Shown piece by piece: positions 50,510-62,101 of a stretch of 64,000 nt of DNA (the stretch's first letter is position 1; the number at the start of each line of letters is the position of its first letter). This stretch comes from Strigamia acuminata. Taxonomy: Eukaryota. The notes below the pieces were generated by a model. The model was given only the letters and a program-made list of their open reading frames with translations, made no database searches and was not told where the DNA came from. Both the position numbers and the translations under genes were made by a program. The DNA is taken from the NCBI GenBank assembly GCA_949358305.1, contig OX442314.1:23746001-23810000 (forward strand). Reading direction: 5' to 3'.

Positions 50510-53500
50510 GATAGTGGTAAATTGACAACACATTTATGTTTGCCTAAATTCTTATTTAAACTATTTAACAATCTTCAAAATAACTTAGATGATCAGAATA
50601 AACACCCCAACAAACCCTTGTACACCATCTTTAGAAGCATTCAAACTTTGTGAAGAAAACTGTCTTGACAACTGAAAATATCAACTGCAGGTTTGTTATC
50701 ATATTTTTAAATTATTATTAGTTAATCTAATTTTCTTTTTATGACAAATCTCCCAAGCTTGCCGTTTATGTACGCCACCAATGTGCCACCATGCAAAACA
50801 ATTGCAGCAGCAAAATCAGCAAGAACTTCGTACCTCAAAGTTTACGCAAATAATGATGCTATTCGCGACTGCAGCTGCTCGCCCCCTTGCAACTACACAA
50901 TTTTCATACCATTTTCTGAGTATTACCAAACGTTTAATATGCTGAGTTTAATGGTGATAAAATTAGAATTCGAATCCAACATCCGTGAAATTTTTAAGCA
51001 AGAATTAACAATTAAATTGACCAAATTAGTTTGCGATTTTGGATCAATCACGGGCTTCTTTTTGGGTATATCTGTTTTGTCAAGTTTAGAATATTTAGAA
51101 AATTTTGCCAGCTCAGCTGTACAATTCAAACGCCAACTTAAGAGAGGGAGAAATTAAATTAATAGTCTATCTCCCATTCATTCAAACTTCTGAATTTTCA
51201 CGTTCTATATAAACGATAATTTCCAGCATTTTGTAATCACACATCAATTGTAAAAATAAAATGTACAATTTCTTTCATCACAACACATCATCTCTTTCTT
51301 ATACGATTAAGTTGTTTTTGAGTTGAGATGGCCGTCAATTTGAACGCGACCAAGCCTTTAGATTGAATAATGAGAATAGCAAAATAAAAAGTTCGTCTAC
51401 CGGACATCAATAAACTGCACCGTTATAGTACACAAAGCAGTCGCAGTATAAATTTCGAATATTTCGAATGTAAAAAAAGGTAAAAAAAACTTACATTTCG
51501 GATGAAAACTTGTAAAGCTGTGCATTATTAGTTGGACCTAAACAGTTCGATGCAGGTTAGACCAGCGCAGAACAATGCGCATTAGATCGGCGCAGAACGA
51601 TGTGCAATAAGCCTGTGCAATAAACTGCGCAAAGCGATGCTCAATAAGCCTGTGCAATAAACTGCGCAAAGCGATGCTCAATAGTAGCTCTGACTATACG
51701 TCATAAGAGCTGCTGAGGATCCTGTTGCATTTTTGGAAAGTGACATAGAATGACAAATGAAGTGTTTTGCATTTAGATCAAACTCATTCAAGCAACTCCA
51801 ACTTCATAAAGTTGACTTTCTTTGAAATTAGAAATTGTACGTTACATCTGGTGAATTATTCATTATTGAAAAGTAACATGAATAACAGATGTAGAATTTT
51901 GCATTTAGATTAAACTCACGCAAGAAAATTCAACTTTTAAAAATAATTTTCTTTGAAATTAAAAATTATACAGTACATCTGGTGAATTATTCACTGTTGG
52001 AAAGTGTTGGAAAGTGTTGGAAACATGAATAATAGATGAAAAATTTTGCATTTAGATTAAACTCATGCTGTATCCGATCACTTCAGTGACCATTGTGAAG
52101 TTGTCAACTGGAGAAAACAGTAAGTTAAATTTTGAATTTAAGATACAGTGTACTCTGTACGGAATGAACAGTGCTCACCCGGAAAGCTGTGTGATCCAGA
52201 CCGGTTTGCTGGACCCAACCTATACCCAGTAATGTTAAATTCTCTTTCCCCGTCTGTTAATCCAGACAACTTTCTGTGACCAGTCTTACGACCAAGCTAC
52301 ACTCTACACCGTAGATATAAAGAATGAAACTGGTTAATTTTTTAAATAGTTTTTCTGTGATTCAGTGGATGGAAAGTAGGTGTAGTAGTTTTGTGAGTTG
52401 GGTAGGTAGTCGAGCTGACCAGTGCCTCAGGGTGTTTCCTTGGTCAAAATGCAATCAGTTTACACCGGTTTGCAACAGTTTGTCGTAATCTGGTGTACGG
52501 TTAAAAGCTCTTTTAATAAAATCTTACTTAGAAATTGATATACGTTTGATATAATTAAATAACTTTTCTGTAACTGTTTTCTGTTAACTGTTGTTTCACA
52601 GCAACACAAAATGTCAAAATGTAATACATGTGCAGTTCGTAGGCAACTAGGCAATACGTATATTTTACGGAGTACTGAGCAGTACTGAGCTGTACTGCAC
52701 ATGCGACGTATGCTAGCGACATACTGTGGAAGAAAAAGTAAGCTGCGAAATACAGACCAAGCAAATTATTATGTTAGGAATGGCTGGGTAGGGATGGGTA
52801 TTACAAAAAAAAGCCACTTGCAATCTTACTCCATAATTGGCTCACGCAATCTTACTCCATAATTGACTCACGCAATCTTGACCTAAAACCGGTTATTGCA
52901 CATGATAGAATCACTCCTGAATTACTCCGCAGTTGCCACGAAGATGAGGCCCTCGTGCATTGTGCAGCTGTTTGAATTTATACGAACATGCACCATGATG
53001 ATTTTGACTAATAATTTTGTGCACTGATTATACTACATGTATTTTAAATCAAACTATGTAGCCATAGCGCTGAGAAAACATAATATTCTGCATTTCTGCG
53101 AGTACCAGTGAGAGAGAGAGGTTCTTATTCAGATAATTCTTGTTAGACTTAAACGTAAGTCCAATTACCGTACGCGTAATTTCTCAAAAATCTTACTCCG
53201 TATTAGTTTTCATTTTTATTCTCAATTGTCTTATGGGACAGTTGTATTTTTTGGATAAAAATGGATCTCAGTGATGCGAGACCAAAATAATGCTAAGTTT
53301 AATTGCAAAATGAGCGCGGAATAGTTTTCTGACCATATTTCATTTTAATTCGCAATTAAATATATAAAGTGTGTAACGGTTTGGAATCATAAAAGCCGAA
53401 AATTTGTGACATCATAGCATATGTATCACATATGTTTCACAACATCTCGGCAGGAATTACGTCATCCGTTCGTGACCGGAACGTATATTACGGTTCCAAA

Positions 53501-53564
53501 CTGTCACAAGTTTCATTTTAATTTAATTCTTTTCTAATTTACAGCACGAACAGTAAAAACAAGC

Positions 53565-56500
53565 ATGCGTGTCGGAAGAGAAAATAATGTAATTAAAAAA
53601 ATTACTAAACAATATCAGGATTTGTATGAAGAAACAGATGTTTCGATAGTAAAGAATGTGATGAACACCAACTTTTCACCAATTTACCGCATGGGTTGGC
53701 TGATAATTGTTATCACTGCATTTTCTTTGTGCACATATCAGTGCTATGAAAGGATGGCTTATTACTTGAGTAAACCAATAAAAGTAAATTCTGAGATAGA
53801 AGAAAAGTCATTGGATGATTTTCCTGTACTGCATCTAGCCACTATAATTACGGATGACAGTCATGCTTATTATTCTGCCCGTAATGCTACTAAATACAAA
53901 GGTATTTACTCATAACTAAACAGTAGTGTGAGTACAGTTAGTTTTCAGGCTCCATTTATTCCCGCACTAATTGCTCCCAGATTTCCACTGAATAAATATT
54001 GAATGACCCACCAACTCCTTTTCCCACTAAACATCTTTTTTTTAACCCACTTATTTATTTACATCCAAAATAATTAAATTCTTCACTAAAAATAATTTAT
54101 TTTTTATATTATACAACTAATGCCATCTTAACTTTAGATGGTCTTTCCCTTTTAGTGGAGTATTCAATTTTTTGGGATATTGTAAAGTAAGTAAGCTTGG
54201 GTCAAAAAAAATTTTTAGTGGGAAAAATAGGGGTTGAGACATTAAATATTTTTTAGTGGTAAACTCAGGAAGAGTAGGGGTGTAATAATATATCCCCTAA
54301 GTTTTCTGACCAAGCTCAACAATCATTTACATTTAGTGCGCAAAAAAATCACATGAAATCATCTGGTGCATTTAATAATTGCAATGAAAAGTGACTCCTT
54401 AGAATGGTCATTTAGTCGCAAGATTGTATTTATTGAGAGCAAGAAATGAATTTAAAAAAATTGGATATTTTGCTAAGTATAACGCAAAATATAAATTATA
54501 AAGAGGCAATAAATGTTGTTAACTATAAGCTCATCAATACATTGTTGAGTTTGGTCTTGTCAGCTAATTGGCTAATTTGCTAATTTGGGTTGCCTGATTG
54601 GAATAACTATAAAATCTAAACAATAGTCAATAAAATATTCGATAATAACTTATCTATTTTTTTCAGCATGCGCTCAAACCTTAGCTTTTAAGTTGGATAA
54701 TCACACATCACTGCGCAAAGTGATGGAATTAAGAAATTATACAAAAATGATTAAAAAAGTGTCCTTCCAATGGGTATGTAAACTGCAGTTACAGTAGGCC
54801 ACTAGTGACAAAATTATGAAAAACCTGTAAAATGCAGAAATATTTCAATTGATATTTTTCCCCATCTCATTATAAGTTGCTAACATCTATTTTACAGGGA
54901 ACCAAAGTATATGACAATTTGTTTCAAGCATATGAAAAATATACCCTCTATTCCAGCGTAACAAGAATTGAAAGTGGTACGTCTTAACATATTTTTACAT
55001 ATTGTATAAACAATGCCGCATTATCGTATCATTCGTATAGTCCAGGGTCCCAAATTTTTAGGGGGTCCCATTTCACTCAATAAATTATCAAAAAAAAAAA
55101 TTTAATGAATTTGATATTATCATTTGGTGCTTGGGGGCCTAGGGTCCACAAACACCATGATGCGCCAGTGTGAGTAAATATACAGTGAGGGCAAAAACTA
55201 AGGTTACTGGACTACTGGACCGATATCCATACAAGAAACCATCCCCAAGCCATTTTACTATTGGGATGGTTTTTTTATATGTGTATCCGTCCACCCCATT
55301 AAATTAAGGGTATCATGGACCAATATACTAGTACTTATAAAAAAGTATTGGTGGATTGTTATGCTTCCATTTCCACATGATAAACTGCCTTTGACATGGA
55401 TATTTCAGCAGAAAAATGATTTTAAGCATAAAGTCAAGGCAATTGCTCAGTGTTTCACATTGACATTGCTTGTGGTTTGGATGTTTTAATGAAGTGTATG
55501 AGTGACTACACGTGTGTTTATGGATAAATTTTAATATTTGCCGCATATTTTATAACGGGAATGACTAATTGTTTGTGGATAATGGGTCTGTTTCCTTACT
55601 TTTTGCCTGTAATTTTTGATGTCACTTCACAAAAGAATTTCTTTCTCAGAAACTGATGGATAGATGTTGATAAAATTTTAGGTGAATAAAGTAAGAAGTT
55701 GTACGAGTCTCCAGTTAAAATTTCATAAATTTTCCTCTCTTTTTTCCCGAGATACAGCCATAAGAATCAACATGATGCGTTTGTTAACTTAGTTTTTGCC
55801 CTCACTGTAACAATATTTTGATTTTCAAAAATTCTCTAATTCTCTGATTACACAGTTAAAAAAGTATCGGTTGGTCCAAAAGCCAGGCTTACAGTTAAGA
55901 CACACACAACTGAAAACTTTCCTTTGAATCAGTTAATTGTACATGTAAGTGAAAACTAAACCATTAAAACTTGTAAACTACAAACAAAATAAATATCTTC
56001 CAGATGAATCTGGCAGCAAAAAACTACCACCTGTCCTTTATACCTGCAACAGCATCTCGTTTGGCTCACATGTATTATCAAAATGAGCTTTCTTTTACAA
56101 GTAGAAGAGTGAGTGAATAAAACATTGGAAAATTTTATTATCAAATTCACTCATTTCAAATGTTCTAGTACTCATTTTTGAACAGGAAGACATGTCCGTG
56201 TTGGAATATATCAGCCATGGAAGAGTGTCACGAAAAATGTTATTTAGACGAAATAAAGAATCAAAATTTTTCATGTCAGTGAGTACACTAGTGTTGGCAG
56301 TGGTGATTTTACAGCATTTGAGGCCAGTGCAAGGGGTACGAAATAGGTGTAAACTGTGTACGAGATTCCTGATTCCCAAAGATTCCAACAGATTCTCAAG
56401 CATGGGATTGAAATAGGTTGGAATAGATCACATGTTTTAAACATTGAAATAGATTAATAGATTTTTGAATAGATTGTGCTTATAAAAATCAAAATACAGT

Positions 56501-59372
56501 CAGTTCAAAAAGTTTATAAGAATCCAAATTTTCTTGAGCACATCATTGTTTGAACTTGGTGCTCGTCGAGGTATCCCCTGTCATCGAGGACGTCGCGTAC
56601 GTGTGTCCTGTATGCGGCCAGATGTTCTCGTTGCACGACCGGCTCGCCAAACGCATGGCGAGTCGGCACCGGCACCGCGGACTGGGCGCGGGCGGCGGGT
56701 TGTTTTTTAAAATTCAGAGCGGAATTGGAACCACCCCAAACATCAAATATCGAATATTTTGGAGTGGAATTGGGAGGAAGCGGAATTGGGACGAGCTGAT
56801 TTGAATTGCATCGAGGCGGAATTCCAACTTTTTTTTACTGAAAGGGGCAGTTTAGGAACTGGCGAAATTGATTCTGGCCACTCCACACCATTACTTTAGC
56901 AGAAATTTTTACAGTTTGTTGCAAGCCATCTGGGTGGCTAGTTTCATGTTTGAGTCTCCAAATATTCCCACTAAAAACATGATTTTATCACTAAAGCAAA
57001 CATCTTCTCATTGTTTAACTATGAAATGCTTATATTTTAAAATCTAATTAGCAAAATGCAAAATACGACCAATAAGCGTGATTCTAGTAAAGCTAATTTT
57101 GTTTGTTAGTGAATCCAACAGTAGCCTTTAATAGAAAAAGAAAATGCCCCCCCCTCCCTTTCTACAATCTTTGTTTGTACAACATTTCAGCATGCCATTC
57201 CTGCCGAAGGAAACTGATGATGAAGAATGCATCTCAAATCAAATAGCGTGTAACTACACAGAAACACTTGGGACAATTCGAATTAATATCAACCCACCAT
57301 ACTCCTGCAAGTGTGCGAGAGAATGTGAAAAAACAGTCATCACTTCTCATTACAGCTATGATAAACTCGAAACAAACAAAACAATCGTTTCCTCCTACAG
57401 CAACTGGATACTTGAATTGAAAGAATATTACTGCTACGACTTTATCGCTCTCCTGTGTGATGTTGGGGGTTATTTAAGTCTCTACACAGGAGTATCCTGT
57501 ATCGCTATTGTCCATTTGTTATTTCACGACGTCAAGAAAACAATCCAAAAGTTATTATTTGTTGCCAGAAAAAACCCATTCGAAACCAAAATTATTTCCA
57601 AAATTCAAAGTATAATGTTGAAAAGAAAACGTCGTGCAGAAAAGCAGATTCAGCCAGATGACAAGCAGTGGGAGAAAATCAAAATAATTTTCATACTATT
57701 GTCATTCATTTTCAGCTGCTATTTAATATACATCCGAGTCGTACATTATTTTGGATTTCCTGTATATGTTACTATTGAGCTTGTTCAAGATCGGTACGTT
57801 GAACCACCTACGATAGTATTTTGCTCTGAACATTCAAACATATACGAGGAAAAAGAAAAGTTCATGAATAGTTCTCGAAGTAATGCCTCAAATACTTCTG
57901 CTAACGTTAAATGCGTTGAAGATGTAGACATATTAGATTTGCTCGATCAATTCGAAAATGATGCTGAGGAATTGTGGGAAGCAACGGGTGATTTAGAGAA
58001 CTACGAATTTTTTGTGGTAAGAAATGTCGATTATTAAATGGACAGTTGCATTCAAACACGTTACTTACAAATATTTACAACTACAGGAGTTGGGGAAAGA
58101 GTTCGGAAAATTTTCAGCAATGTTTAGATTCAACTATGGAAATATGTCCTATATTGATACCGTATTTGGAAAATGCATCAAAGTAGAATCAGGTACAGTC
58201 GTAGACAAAAAAACCTTCCCTTCAGTTTAGCTTTTTTAAGTTTATTTATCATTATTTGCCCGGTCTATCTTTTAATACTGTTTGTTGGGGCAAGACGAGA
58301 AACCGGGTCAAGATTGATGTCATTGAAACTCAATGGATTTTTATACCACCTGGTAGGATAAACTTAACACAGCTAAACTGAAGGGAGTATAGCATCTGTC
58401 TTGTGCATTAAACTTGTAATTTTGTCGTTAAATAAGTCTGCTTGATCCCTTCAGACTGAACAAAGATTTATAATTCCCTTTCTATTCTTACATTTTAATA
58501 GGGCGTGTAGAATATAATCCTGTAAGTGCTGTAAACGGTATGGGGTTCATGGCTGGAGGAATTCGTTGCAACGCACACACCAAGGTAACTCATAATATAT
58601 TTCAGTCAATAGTTTCGAATGATTCACTTGATGGATTTTAATTTAGTTATTTTTAATGAAATCAGAAGAACGATTGGATTTTATATCGTATAATATTCAG
58701 CCCCACGACGTATTAATGTACATACAATTCTCAAGAAAAACAGTAAGAGCAAAGAAAATAGAACTTATCTTCTATTTATACTAATTAATTTTATACTTAT
58801 TAATTTTATACTAATTTTAAAAAATTAGACAGATAAATTAAATACACCAAAAAACCCATGTACTACTTTAGAAATATACACAAAGTGTGAAGAGGACTGT
58901 ATCAACACTAAAATGGAAAATGAAAATATAGCATGCAGGTGTGTATCAATGGGTATTATCCGACACTCGTTTTAATTGTAAATGATTAAAATGTATTAGC
59001 TTGCCATTTCTTAACTGGACCAATTTACCTAAATGCAAAACACCAGCCGATGCCAAAGCAACAAGAAAATCGTTTATTAAAGTGCACAGTGATGGACTTC
59101 GCGATTGCAACTGCCGCCCTCCGTGTTATTATACTGCTCACTCAAGTTTGATTGACTATAACCCAGCAATGGATGACAAAGGTTTTGTTTTAACAATGTA
59201 TGAATTTGACGGTAACATTCGCGAGATTTTTAAAGACGAGTCAGCTGTGCCATTTATCAAATTACTGTGTGATATTGGATCGATTTTTGGCTTTCTTCTC
59301 GGACTTTCTATTCTGTTATGCTTTGAATTACTCGATAAGTTTCTGCACCATATTAAAAATAAATTAAATTAA
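53565..59372 (+). CDS. Double-module DEG/ENaC channel protein, gene C (divergent paralog, apparently intact; a short upstream exon is possible)
   Basis: Same exon order and intron phases as gene A. TM1 WLIIVITAFSLCTYQ; TM2a LLCDVGGYLSLYTGVS; linker and TM1b IIFILLSFIFSCYLIYIR in the same exon; YFGFPVY..PPTIVFC; TVFGKC; TM2b LLCDIGSIFGFLLGLS; stop at 59370-59372. Confidence 0.87.
55183..55807. mobile_element. Tc1/mariner-type MITE in an intron of gene C
   Basis: CAGTGAGGGCAAAAACTAAG ... CTTAGTTTTTGCCCTCACTG termini, TA TSD. Confidence 0.85.
56595..56700 (+). other. Isolated GC-rich C2H2 zinc-finger coding fragment in an intron of gene C
   Basis: AYVCPVCGQMFSLHDRLAKRMASRH has CxxC-x3-F-x5-L spacing, with Arg (CGC) at the first His position; GC content is far above the intron background. 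Confidence 0.6.
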
Positions 59373-59660
59373 TGCAAATAAAGTTGCACATATTTTATAA
59401 CTCTTAACAGCACTTTAAAAATCTGAATGTTCTTATATGAAAACTTATTCTGGTCTTGTCTGAAAAGACAAACCAAAAAAATCTTTTTTGTATTTTAAAT
59501 TTTTTTTCTGATAACTAGTGATAAGATTACTAAAATATTTTTAAAGTTTACGTGTTTTTAAAAATAATTTATTTAAATAATTTTTTCTCACTAAAAATCA
59601 TAAACAGAAAAGAGGAATGTAAAATTGACACCAAAGTTCTAAAATAGTAATCACAGACAA

Positions 59661-60197
59661 TTACCATGTTTACATGTTACCAGTTATCTAGATAAGTAAA
59701 AATGCGAATTTTTACTTATCTAGAAAACTGCATGCGTTTACAAAGAATCAGTTTTCCAAAAAATGTGACGTTATATGACGTATTTAACTCTCTGTTAAAC
59801 TTGCGCATTAATCATCCACAATGCACTGTGCACAAACAATATATCTTCCCGCCAACCTCGGAATATATTGTTTTGTTTCGTTGGAGTTTCCCAGGTAACA
59901 GTATTCATTCTAACATTGTGAGCACTGTGCTCGCTCCATTTTGCCGCCATGTTTTTAAACAGTTGCATTACAGCGTTGTTGTGACGTTAGCTTATCCAGA
60001 TAAGCAATGAGTGGGTGTTTACATTGCAAATGGCAATGCGCAAAACACCCAAAATCTACCTCAAACAAGTGGATTTTAGTTTTCCAGATAAGTTTGACTT
60101 TTCTGGAAAACTGATTTGTTTACATGATCAGTTTTCTAGAAAAGTAAAATTCGCATTTTCACTTATCTAGATAAGTGAGTACATGTAAACATGGTAA
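59661..60197. mobile_element. MITE with long imperfect terminal inverted repeats
   Basis: TTACCATGTTTACATG..TTATCTAGATAAGT.AAAATGCGAATTTT is mirrored at the right end (..CATGTAAACATGGTAA). Confidence 0.75.
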
Positions 60198-60300
60198 CTC
60201 ACAAATGAAGTTTATTGAAAAAATGGGTGTTACGAAATGAATAAAATGCATTAAAAAATAAATCCAATTTCTTTCGACTGCATTTAGGCGTACATATTTT

Positions 60301-60458
60301 AAGAATTAACAATTAAATTGACCAAATTAGTTTGCGATTTTGGATCAATCACGGGCTTCTTTTTGGGTATATCTGTTTTGTCAAGTTTAGAATATTTAGA
60401 AAACTTTGCCAGCTCTGCTGTACAATTCAAACGCCAACTTAAGAGAGGGAGAAATTAA
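60301..60458 (+). pseudogene. 3' fragment (second TM2 and stop) of a fourth A/B-type DEG/ENaC copy; homologous 3' flank continues to about 61213
   Basis: Near-identical to 51000-51157 and to the downstream 51158-51630 region; no upstream exons. Confidence 0.85.
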
Positions 60459-60663
60459 ATTAATAGTCTATCTCCCATTCATGCAAACTTCTGAATGTAC
60501 ACGTTCTATATAAACGATAATTTCCAGCATTTTGTAATCACACATCGCTTGTAAAAATAAAATGTACAATTTCTTTCATCACAACACATCATCTCTTTCT
60601 TATACGAGTAAGTTGTTTTGAGTTGAGATGGCCGTCAATTTGAACGCGACCAAGCCTTTAGAT

Positions 60664-60937
60664 CAGGGGTCGGCAACCTTTTGAGACAGAAGAGCCAAAA
60701 GTTACAATTTACAAAATTTCCCAGTTTTTAAAGAGCCACTAACATTTTTATTTCAATATTATGGTATTTGATTAGGATTAGGTATATAAATTTTATTTTT
60801 TTTGCAGTATAATATTTGTTATGAGTTTTGAAAATAAAATAATATAATTATTAATATTTGCGCACGGAACTGGAGAGCCGCATCTTGACACCGAAAGAGC
60901 CGCATGCGGCTTACGAGCCGCAGGTTGCCGACCCCTG
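60664..60937. mobile_element. hAT-type MITE
   Basis: CAGGGGTCGGCAACC ... GGTTGCCGACCCCTG termini; 8-bp TSD CTTTAGAT; empty site at about 51356. Confidence 0.9.
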
Positions 60938-61682
60938 CTTTAGATTGAATAGTGAGAATAGCAAAATAAAAAGTTCGTCTACCGGACATCAATAAACTGC
61001 ACCGTTATAGTACACAAAGTAGTCGCAGTATAAATTTCGAATATTTCGAATGTAAATAAAAGGTAAAAAAAATTTACATTTTGGATGAAAACTTGTAAAG
61101 CTGTGCATTATTTGTCAGACCTAAACAGTTCGATGCAGGTTAGACCAGCGCAGAACAATGCGCATTAAATCGGCGCAGAACGATGCGCAATAAGCCTGTG
61201 CAATAAACTGCGCCAAGTAATGAATAAACCATAATACTACCATAATACCATAACGATGCGGCAATAAGCCTGCACACCAGAGCCGTGCCGACCTATGAGG
61301 TCAAATAAGAAATCCCATTGGTTATTGTGTTATCAGGAATGACGAATGAATGACAGGTCAGTGTGAAGTCTAACTAACAAGTGATTTATTATAAGTACAA
61401 GTACAATTTATATATGTCGGGAATACGTCATATGTTCGTATGACGTAAATACAATTAGCCAATTACACATCTCCCCTTTTCAAGCTCACAAATTCGTACG
61501 AGTCGGTCTTTTAACTTCTCTGCCGGATCTGGTAAAATATGGAGATCCTGTGGGAGCGTTGGGGCGAATAACTCCTTCGTCTGGATTTACCGGGTGATCT
61601 GTGTTGATCAATTCTTCTTCTTCTTCTTCCTCTTCCTCCGTCTGATCCTCGTTTTCTCCCGAGATTACCTCTTCGTCTTCGG

Positions 61683-62101
61683 CAGAGAGGAGCATCGGGT
61701 ACCCGTACCCGTAACCGTAACCGTACCCGCCCGTACCCTACGGGTACGGGCGGGTAACGGGTACAGTTCTCTCGCGACTAACGGTTACGCGTCGGGTACG
61801 TTTTTTGTACGTCCGCAACGTGATGCTAACATCGTAAATACAGACTTTGATTTTGAATTTGAACTATAAAAATGTTAGCACCACTTTGCAAATTATCACA
61901 ACAACACAACAACACCACAGACCACGCGACAAAAACAGCAAAAACAGTTAAAACACTTGACGTGATTGCGATCGGGTATGGGTACGGGTAGGGTAGGGTG
62001 TGTACGGGTACGGGTAGGGTAGGGTATGGGTAAGAACTTTTAAGGGGAGACGGGTAACGGGCGGGTAACGGGTAGAAATTTTACGCCAATGCTCCTCTCT
62101 G
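61683..62101. mobile_element. hAT-type MITE inserted in the Gypsy integrase tail
   Basis: CAGAGAGGAGCAT ... ATGCTCCTCTCTG termini; 8-bp TSD GTCTTCGG; internal CGGGTA/TACCCG repeats. Confidence 0.9.

Larger units (their letters stand above)
44228..51157 (+). pseudogene. Double-module DEG/ENaC gene B (recent duplicate of gene A) with a frameshift in exon 12
   Basis: Exon-for-exon near identity to gene A. An 11-nt deletion (AACCAAAAAGG) after 50668 gives TGA at 50673-50675, before the second TM2. The exon 6 donor is interrupted by a transposon. Confidence 0.8.

Noticed and set aside
51560..52065. Short tandem and about 135-bp direct repeats downstream of gene B
   Set aside because: Ordinary local duplications or transposon debris with no defined termini or coding signal.
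61486..61695. Standalone acidic ORF
   Set aside because: It is the severed C-terminus of Gypsy pol; its ATG comes from the MITE terminus.
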